From assembly GCA_028686615.1 (NCBI GenBank), contig JAQUBQ010000002.1, positions 1 through 48,542 of the forward strand: 48,542 nucleotides of DNA, in the 5' to 3' direction. Origin of the DNA: Clostridia bacterium. GTDB taxonomy: Bacteria; Bacillota; Clostridia; TANB77; CAG-465. The notes beneath the pieces were generated by a model. That model did no database searches. It saw only the letters and a program-made list of their open reading frames with translations, and was not told where the DNA came from. Numbering within the stretch: position 1 is the first letter of the stretch; every line of letters begins with the position of its first letter. The translations under genes were made by a program, and so were the position numbers. Positions 1-7,454 of the stretch are shown in pieces.

Positions 1-173
1 TTGATGCAAGTGCAGAAGAAATAGATTCTAAAATAAAAGAATTAAGCACACAATATGGTCAAGGAGATGCAGCTTCAATAAAATCAAATGAAAATGCAAG
101 AAACTATATGCAAGAAAGAATAAAAGAAGAAAAACTATTAAAGTTCTTAGTTGAAAATGCAATAGAAAAATAG
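1..173 (+). CDS. tig: trigger factor, C-terminal end (5' part lies outside the window)
   Basis: Frame 3 is open from the left edge to TAG 171-173 (..DASAEEIDSKIKELSTQYGQGDAASIKSNENARNYMQERIKEEKLLKFLVENAIEK). It has a Lys/Glu-rich helical tail and sits directly upstream of clpP-clpX, the usual tig-clpP-clpX arrangement. Identity rests mainly on synteny. Confidence 0.65.
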   Translation, partial: DASAEEIDSKIKELSTQYGQGDAASIKSNENARNYMQERIKEEKLLKFLVENAIEK

Positions 174-203
174 TTTAATCAAATAATATAAGGAGGGGTT
201 ATT

Positions 204-800
204 ATGAAAAATAGTTTAGTACCAATGGTTATTGAACAAACAAGTAAAGGTGAAAGATCTTATGATATCTATTCTCGACTTTTGAAAGAAAGAATTATAT
301 TTTTAGGAGAAGAAGTTAATGATGTTACCGCATCTCTTATTGTAGCACAATTACTATTCTTAGATGCAGAAGATCCTGGAAAGGATATATATTTATATAT
401 TAACAGCCCTGGTGGAAGTGTAACTTCTGGTATGGCAATTTATGATACAATGCAATATATTAAATCAGATGTTTGTACTATCTGTACGGGTATGGCTGCA
501 AGTATGGGTGCTTTCCTTTTAGCTGCAGGAACTAAAGGAAAGAGATATTCTCTTCCTAACTCTACTATAATGATTCACCAACCACTTGGTGGTGTGAGAG
601 GTCAAGCAAGTGATATTAAAATTCATACGGAATACTTATTAATGATTAAGGAAAAGTTAAATAAAATACTAAGTGAAAACACAGGTAAGCCATTAGAGAC
701 TATTGAAAAAGATACAGATAGAGATAATTTCTTATCTGCTTATGATGCTAAAGAATATGGTCTAATTGATGAAGTAATGAAAAGCATAAATGATTTATAA
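204..800 (+). CDS. clpP: ATP-dependent Clp protease proteolytic subunit ClpP
   Basis: 198-aa ORF with an AAGGAGGGG RBS just upstream. ClpP catalytic contexts are present: GMAASMGA (Ser), IMIHQP (His), DTDRD (Asp). Confidence 0.97.
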   Translation: MKNSLVPMVIEQTSKGERSYDIYSRLLKERIIFLGEEVNDVTASLIVAQLLFLDAEDPGKDIYLYINSPGGSVTSGMAIYDTMQYIKSDVCTICTGMAASMGAFLLAAGTKGKRYSLPNSTIMIHQPLGGVRGQASDIKIHTEYLLMIKEKLNKILSENTGKPLETIEKDTDRDNFLSAYDAKEYGLIDEVMKSINDL

Positions 801-811
801 GGAGAGATTTA

Positions 812-2092
812 ATGGCTAAAAAGAAAAATACTGATTATGATATATTTTGTTCTTTTTGCGGTAGATTTAAAGGTGAAGTAAATAAAATCATTGCAGGTCC
901 AAATGGTATATTCATTTGTGAAGAATATGTTGATGTTTGTAATAAAATCATACTTGAAGATATTTTTGAAGATATTAATAATGGAGAGGGTATAGAAGCA
1001 GAATTAATTGAAAACAATGAAATTCCTTCACCAGAGTATATAAATAAAATACTTGATGAATATGTAATCGGTCAACATGAAGCTAAAAAGGTATTATCTG
1101 TTGCAGTATACAATCATTATAAAAGAATTAAAAACACTGATAAAATAGATGATGTAGAATTACAAAAAAGTAATATTCTAATGCTTGGTCCTACTGGTTC
1201 GGGTAAAACCTTAATAGCTCAAACTCTTGCTAAAGTTCTAAGGGTACCTTTTGCTATTGCAGATGCTACTACACTTACTGAAGCTGGTTATGTTGGAGAA
1301 GACGTTGAAAACATATTACTTAGATTAATACAGGCAGCAGATTATGATACTGAAAAAGCAGAAAAGGGAATTATATATATCGATGAATTAGATAAAATAT
1401 CTAGGAAATCAGAAAACCCATCTATAACAAGAGATGTAAGTGGAGAAGGCGTTCAACAAGCTTTACTTAAGATAATTGAGGGTACTGTTGCATCTGTGCC
1501 ACCTATTGGAGGAAGAAAACATCCACAACAAGAATATATAAAGATAGACACATCAAACATACTGTTTATTTGTGGTGGAGCATTTGAAGGATTAGAAAAG
1601 ATAATTGAAGCTAGAACAGGTGAAAAAGGAATGGGCTTTGGTGCAAAAGTAAAGGAAAAGAAAGACATAGATTATGCTACTATATTTGCTGATGTACTAC
1701 CTCATGATATTATAAAATTTGGCTTAATTCCTGAACTTGTAGGAAGGCTTCCTATAATAACTACATTAGGTCAATTAGATGAAAAGGCTTTTATAGATAT
1801 TTTAACTAAACCTAAAAATTCAATTATAAAACAATATAAAAAAATGTTTAAAATGGATGATGTGGTTTTAGAGTTTAAAAAAGATGCACTTAATGAGGTT
1901 GTAAAGCTTGCTAAAGAAAGAAAAACTGGTGCGAGAGGTTTACGTTCTATACTTGAAAATGTTATGCTTAATGCAATGTATGAAGTGCCATCAGATAAAA
2001 GCATTAAAAAGTGTATTATTACTAAAGAAGTAGTTACATTAAATGCAAAGCCGACATATGAATATAAAACATCAAAGCAGAAAGCACAATAA
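812..2092 (+). CDS. clpX: ATP-dependent Clp protease ATP-binding subunit ClpX
   Basis: N-terminal zinc-ribbon region (CSFCG...ICEEYVDVC), Walker A GPTGSGKT, pore loop GYVG, Walker [10 protein letters not shown], ClpP-docking MGF loop, GARGLR sensor. RBS AAGGAGAG is upstream. Confidence 0.97.
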   Translation: MAKKKNTDYDIFCSFCGRFKGEVNKIIAGPNGIFICEEYVDVCNKIILEDIFEDINNGEGIEAELIENNEIPSPEYINKILDEYVIGQHEAKKVLSVAVYNHYKRIKNTDKIDDVELQKSNILMLGPTGSGKTLIAQTLAKVLRVPFAIADATTLTEAGYVGEDVENILLRLIQAADYDTEKAEKGIIYIDELDKISRKSENPSITRDVSGEGVQQALLKIIEGTVASVPPIGGRKHPQQEYIKIDTSNILFICGGAFEGLEKIIEARTGEKGMGFGAKVKEKKDIDYATIFADVLPHDIIKFGLIPELVGRLPIITTLGQLDEKAFIDILTKPKNSIIKQYKKMFKMDDVVLEFKKDALNEVVKLAKERKTGARGLRSILENVMLNAMYEVPSDKSIKKCIITKEVVTLNAKPTYEYKTSKQKAQ

Positions 2093-2111
2093 AACGTATA
2101 TATGAATTAAG

Positions 2112-2140
2112 GAGTTACATTAACTTGTAACTCTTTTTAT
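2112..2140 (+). terminator. rho-independent terminator after clpX
   Basis: Stem GAGTTACA (2112-2119) pairs with TGTAACTC (2126-2133) and is followed by a T-run (2134-2138). Confidence 0.7.
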
Positions 2141-2165
2141 ATTTTAAACTTTTTTAATAAAACAC

Positions 2166-2194
2166 TTGACAAACATTTGTTCTTGAAATATAAT
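2166..2194 (+). promoter_or_regulatory. consensus sigma-A type promoter of the LysM/YneA-like gene
   Basis: TTGACA (2166-2171), 17-nt spacer, TATAAT (2189-2194). Confidence 0.7.
2171..2182. promoter_or_regulatory. LexA (Cheo-type) box, one mismatch, fused to the -35
   Basis: AAACATTTGTTC versus the GAAC-N4-GTTC core. It overlaps the last base of the -35 hexamer. Confidence 0.5.
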
Positions 2195-2203
2195 ACATGT
2201 ATA

Positions 2204-2215
2204 GAACATCTGTTC
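2204..2215. promoter_or_regulatory. LexA (Cheo-type) box, perfect core
   Basis: GAACATCTGTTC lies between the -10 and the RBS of the LysM gene. Confidence 0.65.
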
Positions 2216-2229
2216 TGAGAGGTGAAGTA

Positions 2230-2532
2230 ATGAAAAAGGTAAAAAAATATAAGGTAAATGGTAATAGATTAATGTTTAATATAATATTTTTATTGGCAGT
2301 GTTATTTTTATTTAACATATTAACATCCCAAATATTTGGAAAATATAATCAAGAGACAAAAGAAATAATAGTATCAAGTAGAGATACTTTGTGGGGCATA
2401 TCTAATAATATATGTAAAAAGGATTCAAGTTTAAATGTTCAGCAGGTAGTACATGATATAAAGAAAGTCAATAATTTATCCTCAAGTAATATTATTGAAG
2501 GACAAATATTACAAGTTCCTATTTATGAATAG
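2230..2532 (+). CDS. small membrane-anchored LysM-domain protein, YneA-like candidate SOS cell-division inhibitor
   Basis: The ATG at 2230 is preceded by GAGAGGTG. The ATG at 2197 used in the ORF track lies inside the promoter/leader and is unlikely to be used. The protein is MKKVKKYKVNGNRLMFNIIFLLAVLFLFNIL (TM helix) followed by a LysM-like C-terminus (VSSRDTLWGISNNI...GQILQVP). Two LexA boxes lie upstream. Confidence 0.7.
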   Translation: MKKVKKYKVNGNRLMFNIIFLLAVLFLFNILTSQIFGKYNQETKEIIVSSRDTLWGISNNICKKDSSLNVQQVVHDIKKVNNLSSSNIIEGQILQVPIYE

Positions 2533-2534
2533 AG

Positions 2535-2566
2535 TAAACTGTAAGCATTAATTTGCTTACAGTTTA
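2535..2566. terminator. bidirectional hairpin between the convergent LysM and recombinase genes
   Basis: 13-bp stem: TAAACTGTAAGCA (2535-2547) pairs with TGCTTACAGTTTA (2554-2566). Confidence 0.6.
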
Positions 2567-3516
2567 TTTAATGGGTTTTTATCTAAAGCTCTTCTCACTT
2601 CTTCATTGTCTACATGAGTATATATTTCTGTTGTAGAAATTGATTCATGTCCTAATATTTGTTGTAAAGCTCTTATATCTACTTTTCCGTGTTTATACAT
2701 AAGAGTTGCTGCAGTATGTCTTAATTTATGTGGAGAATATTTGTTTGGATCTAAACCAGCCTTTATAACATGTTTTTTAACTATAACTTCTACTGTTCTT
2801 CTTCCAATTCTCTTGTATCTACTACTTAAAAATAGCGCATCCTTATCTATAACACCATCAACAGGGCGATCGATTAAATAGGAGGATATTGCCTCCATAC
2901 AAGCCTTATTAAGGTAAATACTTCTTTCTTTATCACCTTTTCCAATTACAGTCAATATATCTTTCCTTATATGTGAAAGATTGATATTTACTAGTTCTGC
3001 AAGCCTTAAACCACAATTAAGGAACAATGTTAGCATAGCATAATCTCTAGATTTATGTTTACCATCTACTGATTGGAGTAGGGCATGTGCTTCTTCCAGT
3101 TTTAAGTATTTAGGTATTCTTTTGCCTAATTTAGGTGTTTCTAAATCGACACATGGATTAATATCTAATAGCTTTTCTTTATTGCATAAATAATTGAAGA
3201 AAGATTTGATAGTAGAAATTTTTCTTGCTCTAGAAACTGGTTTTGCTTTCATTTCATCAGTTAAATAATATAGATAATTATAAAAGTCATTTGGTTTTAA
3301 TGTTCTAATAAAATTGATATCAATATCTTTAATATCAATTTCTTTTAGATCATCTGTTTTAATATTATACTTATCTCTTTTTAAAAATCTAAATATATTT
3401 CTTAGATCATAATAATATTCTTTTATAGTTTGAGGAGACCTATTTTTAATACTAGATATATAAAATAGGTATTCTTGCATAATAATAGGTAAATCTTCAT
3501 AGTTTGATTTATTCAT
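2557..3516 (-). CDS. tyrosine site-specific recombinase (XerC/XerD/integrase family)
   Basis: C-terminal catalytic region: ..SPHKLRHTAATLMYKHG..LGHESISTTEIYTHV (R..H-x-x-R..Y). The N-terminal SAM-like core-binding domain starts at MNKSNYEDL. The preferred start is ATG 3516 with a GGAGG RBS; the track start at 3528 is a TTG. Confidence 0.9.
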   Translation of the reverse strand: MNKSNYEDLPIIMQEYLFYISSIKNRSPQTIKEYYYDLRNIFRFLKRDKYNIKTDDLKEIDIKDIDINFIRTLKPNDFYNYLYYLTDEMKAKPVSRARKISTIKSFFNYLCNKEKLLDINPCVDLETPKLGKRIPKYLKLEEAHALLQSVDGKHKSRDYAMLTLFLNCGLRLAELVNINLSHIRKDILTVIGKGDKERSIYLNKACMEAISSYLIDRPVDGVIDKDALFLSSRYKRIGRRTVEVIVKKHVIKAGLDPNKYSPHKLRHTAATLMYKHGKVDIRALQQILGHESISTTEIYTHVDNEEVRRALDKNPLNKL

Positions 3517-4047
3517 AAAAACCTCCAAAAAACGACGCTCTAGAATCGATTTTAAGACGTTTTTATAGATGGAGCAATATACTATGTATCCTTAAAAACA
3601 GCTTAAAATCAGATATTACAAGTAATTAGAGTGTTAAAGTTAAAAGTGAATATATAAGTGTGAAAAACATATAATCAAAATAATAAATGAGTAATATATA
3701 TATCTTTATATGTTAATGATATAAAACTATAACACTTGTGATAATATATACTTATTATATCAGAAAGATGATATTTACTCAATACTTCTTACCTCAACTT
3801 TACAAAATTATTATTTTGCGCAATCATAAAAAACATTTAATATGGGGCAACAGTTATAATCCCCTACTTCATAATATAAATTATATGACTATGATTGTCA
3901 TTATAATAACATTAGATTTTAATTTTGTCAATACTTTTTCTTTTTCCATTTAAGAAATTCATTATTCATAAATAAATTAAAGTTATTTTTATTCTTTACA
4001 AAAAGTTTATAAAAATGATAAAATATTATCGTAAGGAGCTTGATCTA

Positions 4048-4537
4048 ATGTTAATTTTTATATGTGTAATTCTAATATTATTGGCTATTTTTTCTAGATA
4101 TGTAGAATATAGTCTTAATAATACAAAAAACAAGGAATATTCATTTCATCGGAAGAAAGAACAAAACATTATTAACTAAAAATGAACAATCTTTTTTTTC
4201 GAAACTTAATAAAATATGTAATAGATATAATCTATATGTATTCCCTAAAATTAGAATAGCTGATATCATTAGCACGAACAATATGACTGATTTTAATAAA
4301 ATAAAAAGCAAACATATAGATTTTACTGTAGTTAATATACTATATGAACCTCTACTTTTTATTGAGCTAGATGACAAATCTCACAATAACTCTAAAAACA
4401 AAGAGAATGATATTAAAAAAGATTATATATTTAAAGCTATTAATGAAAACATCCTAAGAGTAAAAATAAATGAAGTAAGTGAAAAACTACTGTTCATTGA
4501 AAATATAATAATGAATAAAACAAGGACTGAAAGTTAA
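4048..4537 (+). pseudogene. DUF2726-family (NERD/PD-(D/E)xK-like) membrane-anchored protein; frame broken at in-frame CGG 4150-4152
   Basis: Promoter TTTACA-17-ATAAAA (3995-4023), RBS AAGGAG and ATG 4048 give MLIFICVILILLAIFSRYVEYSLNNTKNKEYSFH. Frame 0 stops at 4177-4179. The +1 frame from 4151 reads GRKNKTLLTKNEQSFFSKLNKICNRYNLYVFPKIRIADII...HIDFTVVNILYEPLLFIELDDKSH, the typical DUF2726 core. Confidence 0.75.
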
Positions 4538-4576
4538 ATGCTCAGCAGTGCTTCTTCTCTATCATTCCACTATTAT

Positions 4577-4609
4577 AAAAAGACACAAGAATTTATCTTG
4601 TGTCTTTTT
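4577..4609. terminator. bidirectional rho-independent terminator
   Basis: 13-bp perfect stem: AAAAGACACAAGA (4577-4590) pairs with TCTTGTGTCTTTT (4596-4608). It has A/T runs on both sides and lies between convergent genes. Confidence 0.65.
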
Positions 4610-4613
4610 ACTT

Positions 4614-5144
4614 TTAATCATCATATTCATCATAACCATCATAATTATCATATTCATTATCTTGGCTTTTTACCAATTTAAAAAATATTGATTTTGTTAA
4701 GTCCTTATCTTTTGCTGGACTTTTTGGATATCTTCCATTGCTACTAGGAGACCATTTTCCATTTTCTCTTTTATATAATTCTAGTTTTGAAGTCCCTTTC
4801 TCACAGACATATACACGAAGCGAATAGATAACTTCCTTTACCTCTTCTTCGTTGTCCTCTTTCGGATGCTTTCTAGGTTTCACTAAAATTTCAAAACGCT
4901 CTAGATCCTTTTTTAACTGACTTTGGCATTCGGTGACATAGTTATCGAACTCTGCTTTGTTTGTGATTTTTACTTCTTTAAAAGGTGTTTTAAAAGGTAT
5001 CTCTATGCCTATAAGCTGTTGGTATGTTCCATCAAACACCTCTGTCCGTGATTCCAATGTTTCAGATACTTCCTCCATTTCTGCAATTCCACTCCACTTT
5101 TTTAATTTTTTAAGAATATTCACTTGCATATCCTCCTTTAACAT
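4614..5144 (-). CDS. hypothetical protein with acidic Asp/Tyr-rich C-terminal tail
   Basis: 176-aa ORF in an AT-rich genome, where long ORFs rarely arise by chance. It ends ..DNEYDNYDGYDEYDD. An internal AAGGAGG suggests the true start may be GTG 5123. It contains an in-frame CGG (5048-5046) that is read in frame 0. I recognise no family. Confidence 0.55.
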   Translation of the reverse strand: MLKEDMQVNILKKLKKWSGIAEMEEVSETLESRTEVFDGTYQQLIGIEIPFKTPFKEVKITNKAEFDNYVTECQSQLKKDLERFEILVKPRKHPKEDNEEEVKEVIYSLRVYVCEKGTSKLELYKRENGKWSPSSNGRYPKSPAKDKDLTKSIFFKLVKSQDNEYDNYDGYDEYDD

Positions 5145-5299
5145 TTTAAAATCTATTATTATTATACCACATTCTTACTGTTATGTCAACTTGAAAGGTG
5201 GATAAAAAACACACCCCTACATCTAGTGTAGAGGCGATTATAAGAGGTTGATATATGAAAACTAAAGGTTTATACCTTTAATTCGGCATTCAAATTAAT

Positions 5300-5941
5300 T
5301 TACTTCCAAATACCTAAGTTGGCTTTTTTTGCATCTTTTTCTGCTTCAAGTAATGTAGCAAGCTTTGAAATATTATTTCTTTCAACCCTTAAAGTAGCAC
5401 AACCATTTTTAAGTATTTTAGAATTATATAGTTCATCATTTAAGTACAAATATACATATGTCTCATTGTTCTCTTCTTTGTTATTATCAAATTCAACTTT
5501 AACCTTTTTATTTTTTAAATCTTTTTGCATAAAGTCTTTTAAATTTGGATATTTTATTGAATATTCGATACCTATAAGATTAACTTTAAAATATTTTTTA
5601 TTTCCTAAATCTAAAGTTACTGTTCCTTCACTATTTACAGAGTATACAGTATATTCTTTTGATTTTTTATGAGCTTCTAATTTATTTAAATCACTTGGGA
5701 TATCTTTTTCAGTGGTTACTGATTTTACTTCTTTTATAGTTTCTTTATCAGTTTCCTTTTCCTTTTGATTGTTGTCTTTTTTGTTATCATTTTTAATAGC
5801 AAGCAAATCATTTTCTGATTTATCAACATATTTAGTAGTAAGATATATTCCACCTGTAATAAGCATTAATGATATTATTACTATTATTACTGCTGGTCCA
5901 TATTGTTTTAGATAAAACTTTTTCTTATCTTCATAATACAT
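5300..5941 (-). CDS. membrane-anchored thermonuclease (SNase)-like protein, catalytic motif apparently degenerate
   Basis: N-terminal TM helix (GPAVIIVIISLMLITGGIYL), a Lys/Glu-rich linker and an SNase-like OB fold ending ..NGCATLRVERNNISKLATLLEAEKDAKKANLGIWK. The position of the usual (V/I)RL(I/L)G(I/V)D(T/A)PE motif reads VNLIGIEYS. RBS AAGGAGGG. Confidence 0.65.
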   Translation of the reverse strand: MYYEDKKKFYLKQYGPAVIIVIISLMLITGGIYLTTKYVDKSENDLLAIKNDNKKDNNQKEKETDKETIKEVKSVTTEKDIPSDLNKLEAHKKSKEYTVYSVNSEGTVTLDLGNKKYFKVNLIGIEYSIKYPNLKDFMQKDLKNKKVKVEFDNNKEENNETYVYLYLNDELYNSKILKNGCATLRVERNNISKLATLLEAEKDAKKANLGIWK

Positions 5942-6043
5942 CGATATTCCCTCCTTAACATAAATAACTCACATTTACTATTTTAACACAATACTTATGT
6001 AAAGTCAATAGTTATGTTTACCATTTATGAAAAATTTGTTGCT

Positions 6044-6766
6044 TTATACGTCTGCATTATGCCAAACGTTCTGAACATCATCATTATCTTCCATTTTATC
6101 TATAAAATTAAAAAAAGTTTCTGCTTCTTCATCCGTCAATTCTTTTTTCATAGTTGGGACCATTTTAATTTCTGCTTCCTCAAAAATATATTTTTCTTTT
6201 TCTAATATTTCTCTTGCTGCTGTAAAATTTTCAACTTCTGTTATTATCTCAAAGTATTCTTCTTCAACAATGAAGTCTTCAGCTCCTGCCTCAATTGCAA
6301 GTAGTGTTAATTCCTCTTCATTTATATTGTCTGTTTTTTCAATTATAATAACTCCTTTTTTATTGAACATGTAACCAACAGAGCCTGTTTGTCCCATTGT
6401 ACCATTACTTCTATCAAAGATACACCTAATATCTGCAGCAGATCTATTTTTATTATCTGTCATTGCTTCTACAATTACCGCTATTCCAAAAGGTCCATAT
6501 CCTTCATAAGTTATTTCTTCATAATTGCTAGCTGATTCAAGTCCTGAGGCTTTTTGAATACAACGATTTATATTCTCATTTGGCATATTACTAGCCTTTG
6601 CTTTAGCAATAGCATCTCTTAATTTAGCATTTACATTAGGATCAGGACCACCTTGTTTAACAATAACAGTAATTTCTTTACCTAATTTTGTATAAACCTT
6701 ACCTTTTTTAGCATCTACTGCTTCTTTTCTTTTTTTAATATTATTCCACTTACTATGTCCTGCCAT
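6044..6766 (-). CDS. yebC: YebC/PmpR family DNA-binding transcriptional regulator
   Basis: MAGHSKWNNIKKRKEAVDAKKGKVYTKLGKEI... is the family-typical N-terminus. Length is 240 aa. Confidence 0.95.
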   Translation of the reverse strand: MAGHSKWNNIKKRKEAVDAKKGKVYTKLGKEITVIVKQGGPDPNVNAKLRDAIAKAKASNMPNENINRCIQKASGLESASNYEEITYEGYGPFGIAVIVEAMTDNKNRSAADIRCIFDRSNGTMGQTGSVGYMFNKKGVIIIEKTDNINEEELTLLAIEAGAEDFIVEEEYFEIITEVENFTAAREILEKEKYIFEEAEIKMVPTMKKELTDEEAETFFNFIDKMEDNDDVQNVWHNADV

Positions 6767-6872
6767 ATAAATTCCCCTTTCAAAAACTCTATAATAACTT
6801 CTTTATACCTAATAATTTTAACATATTTTCTTAATAATTCAAAGAAACTACCCTTAAATTCAGATGTTTTCT

Positions 6873-7454
6873 CTATTTATATAATTTAACATATTTATTA
6901 TAATTATTTATAACACTGATAACATAGTTTTTTGTTTCTTCAAAAGGTATTGCAGATATTACTAAATTACCATTATTATATAGTTCTTCTACTTGTATCC
7001 ATTTATCTACATTCCCAGGTCCTGCGTTATATGCACATAACGCAAGCCTCATATTCCCATCATATCTATCTAATAGCCATCTATAATATTTGCTACCAAT
7101 TGCTATATTAATCTCAGGATTAAATAAATCTAAATTATCTTCATCTATATAATCAATATCTGCTGCGACTTCCTTTGCTGTAGATTCCATAACTTGCATT
7201 AATCCTTTTGCATCTTTATTTGATATAACTTTGGGGTCAAATTTACTTTCTTGCTTTATGATCGCATATATCAAGTTTGGATCCACTTTATTTATACTAG
7301 CAGCTTCTTGTACATAATCATTATATTTAATGGGATATATTAAACGTTTATTCACTATTATATATATATATATTGCTAATAATATAGTTAATATTAATAA
7401 AATGGTATATATAATAAATGAAATTGTTTTACTATATTTAATTTTATTTTTCAT
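6873..7454 (-). CDS. lytic transglycosylase (SLT domain), membrane-anchored
   Basis: N-terminal TM helix plus the SLT motif IIKQESKFDPKVISNKDAKGLMQVM and AYNAGPGNV. The ATG overlaps the restored polA stop (TAATG). Confidence 0.85.
   Translation of the reverse strand: MKNKIKYSKTISFIIYTILLILTILLAIYIYIIVNKRLIYPIKYNDYVQEAASINKVDPNLIYAIIKQESKFDPKVISNKDAKGLMQVMESTAKEVAADIDYIDEDNLDLFNPEINIAIGSKYYRWLLDRYDGNMRLALCAYNAGPGNVDKWIQVEELYNNGNLVISAIPFEETKNYVISVINNYNKYVKLYK

Noticed and set aside
835-2004. Track ORFs antisense to clpX (835..1017, 1453..1668, 1771..2004).
   Set aside because: They lie opposite a strongly conserved gene, have no RBS, and give Ser/Leu/Phe/Ile-rich low-complexity translations typical of the antisense frames of AT-rich genes.
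2197-2229. The upstream ATG (2197) as the start of the LysM gene.
   Set aside because: It lies 3 nt after the -10 hexamer, so it is probably untranscribed or at the very 5' end. It has no RBS, and it would translate through the LexA box. ATG 2230 has a GAGAGGTG RBS.
3738-3953. A 71-aa ORF in the long gap between the recombinase and DUF2726 genes.
   Set aside because: It starts with GTG (translated as M by the ORF track), has no RBS, and its translation is extremely Ile/Tyr/Asn/Phe-rich, as expected from random AT-rich DNA. The gap is better treated as non-coding (see the islet finding).
2557-5941. Prophage or integrative element delimited by att repeats around the recombinase.
   Set aside because: I found no direct repeats flanking the block, no tRNA target, and no phage structural, replication or conjugation genes. 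I report it only as a possible accessory islet.
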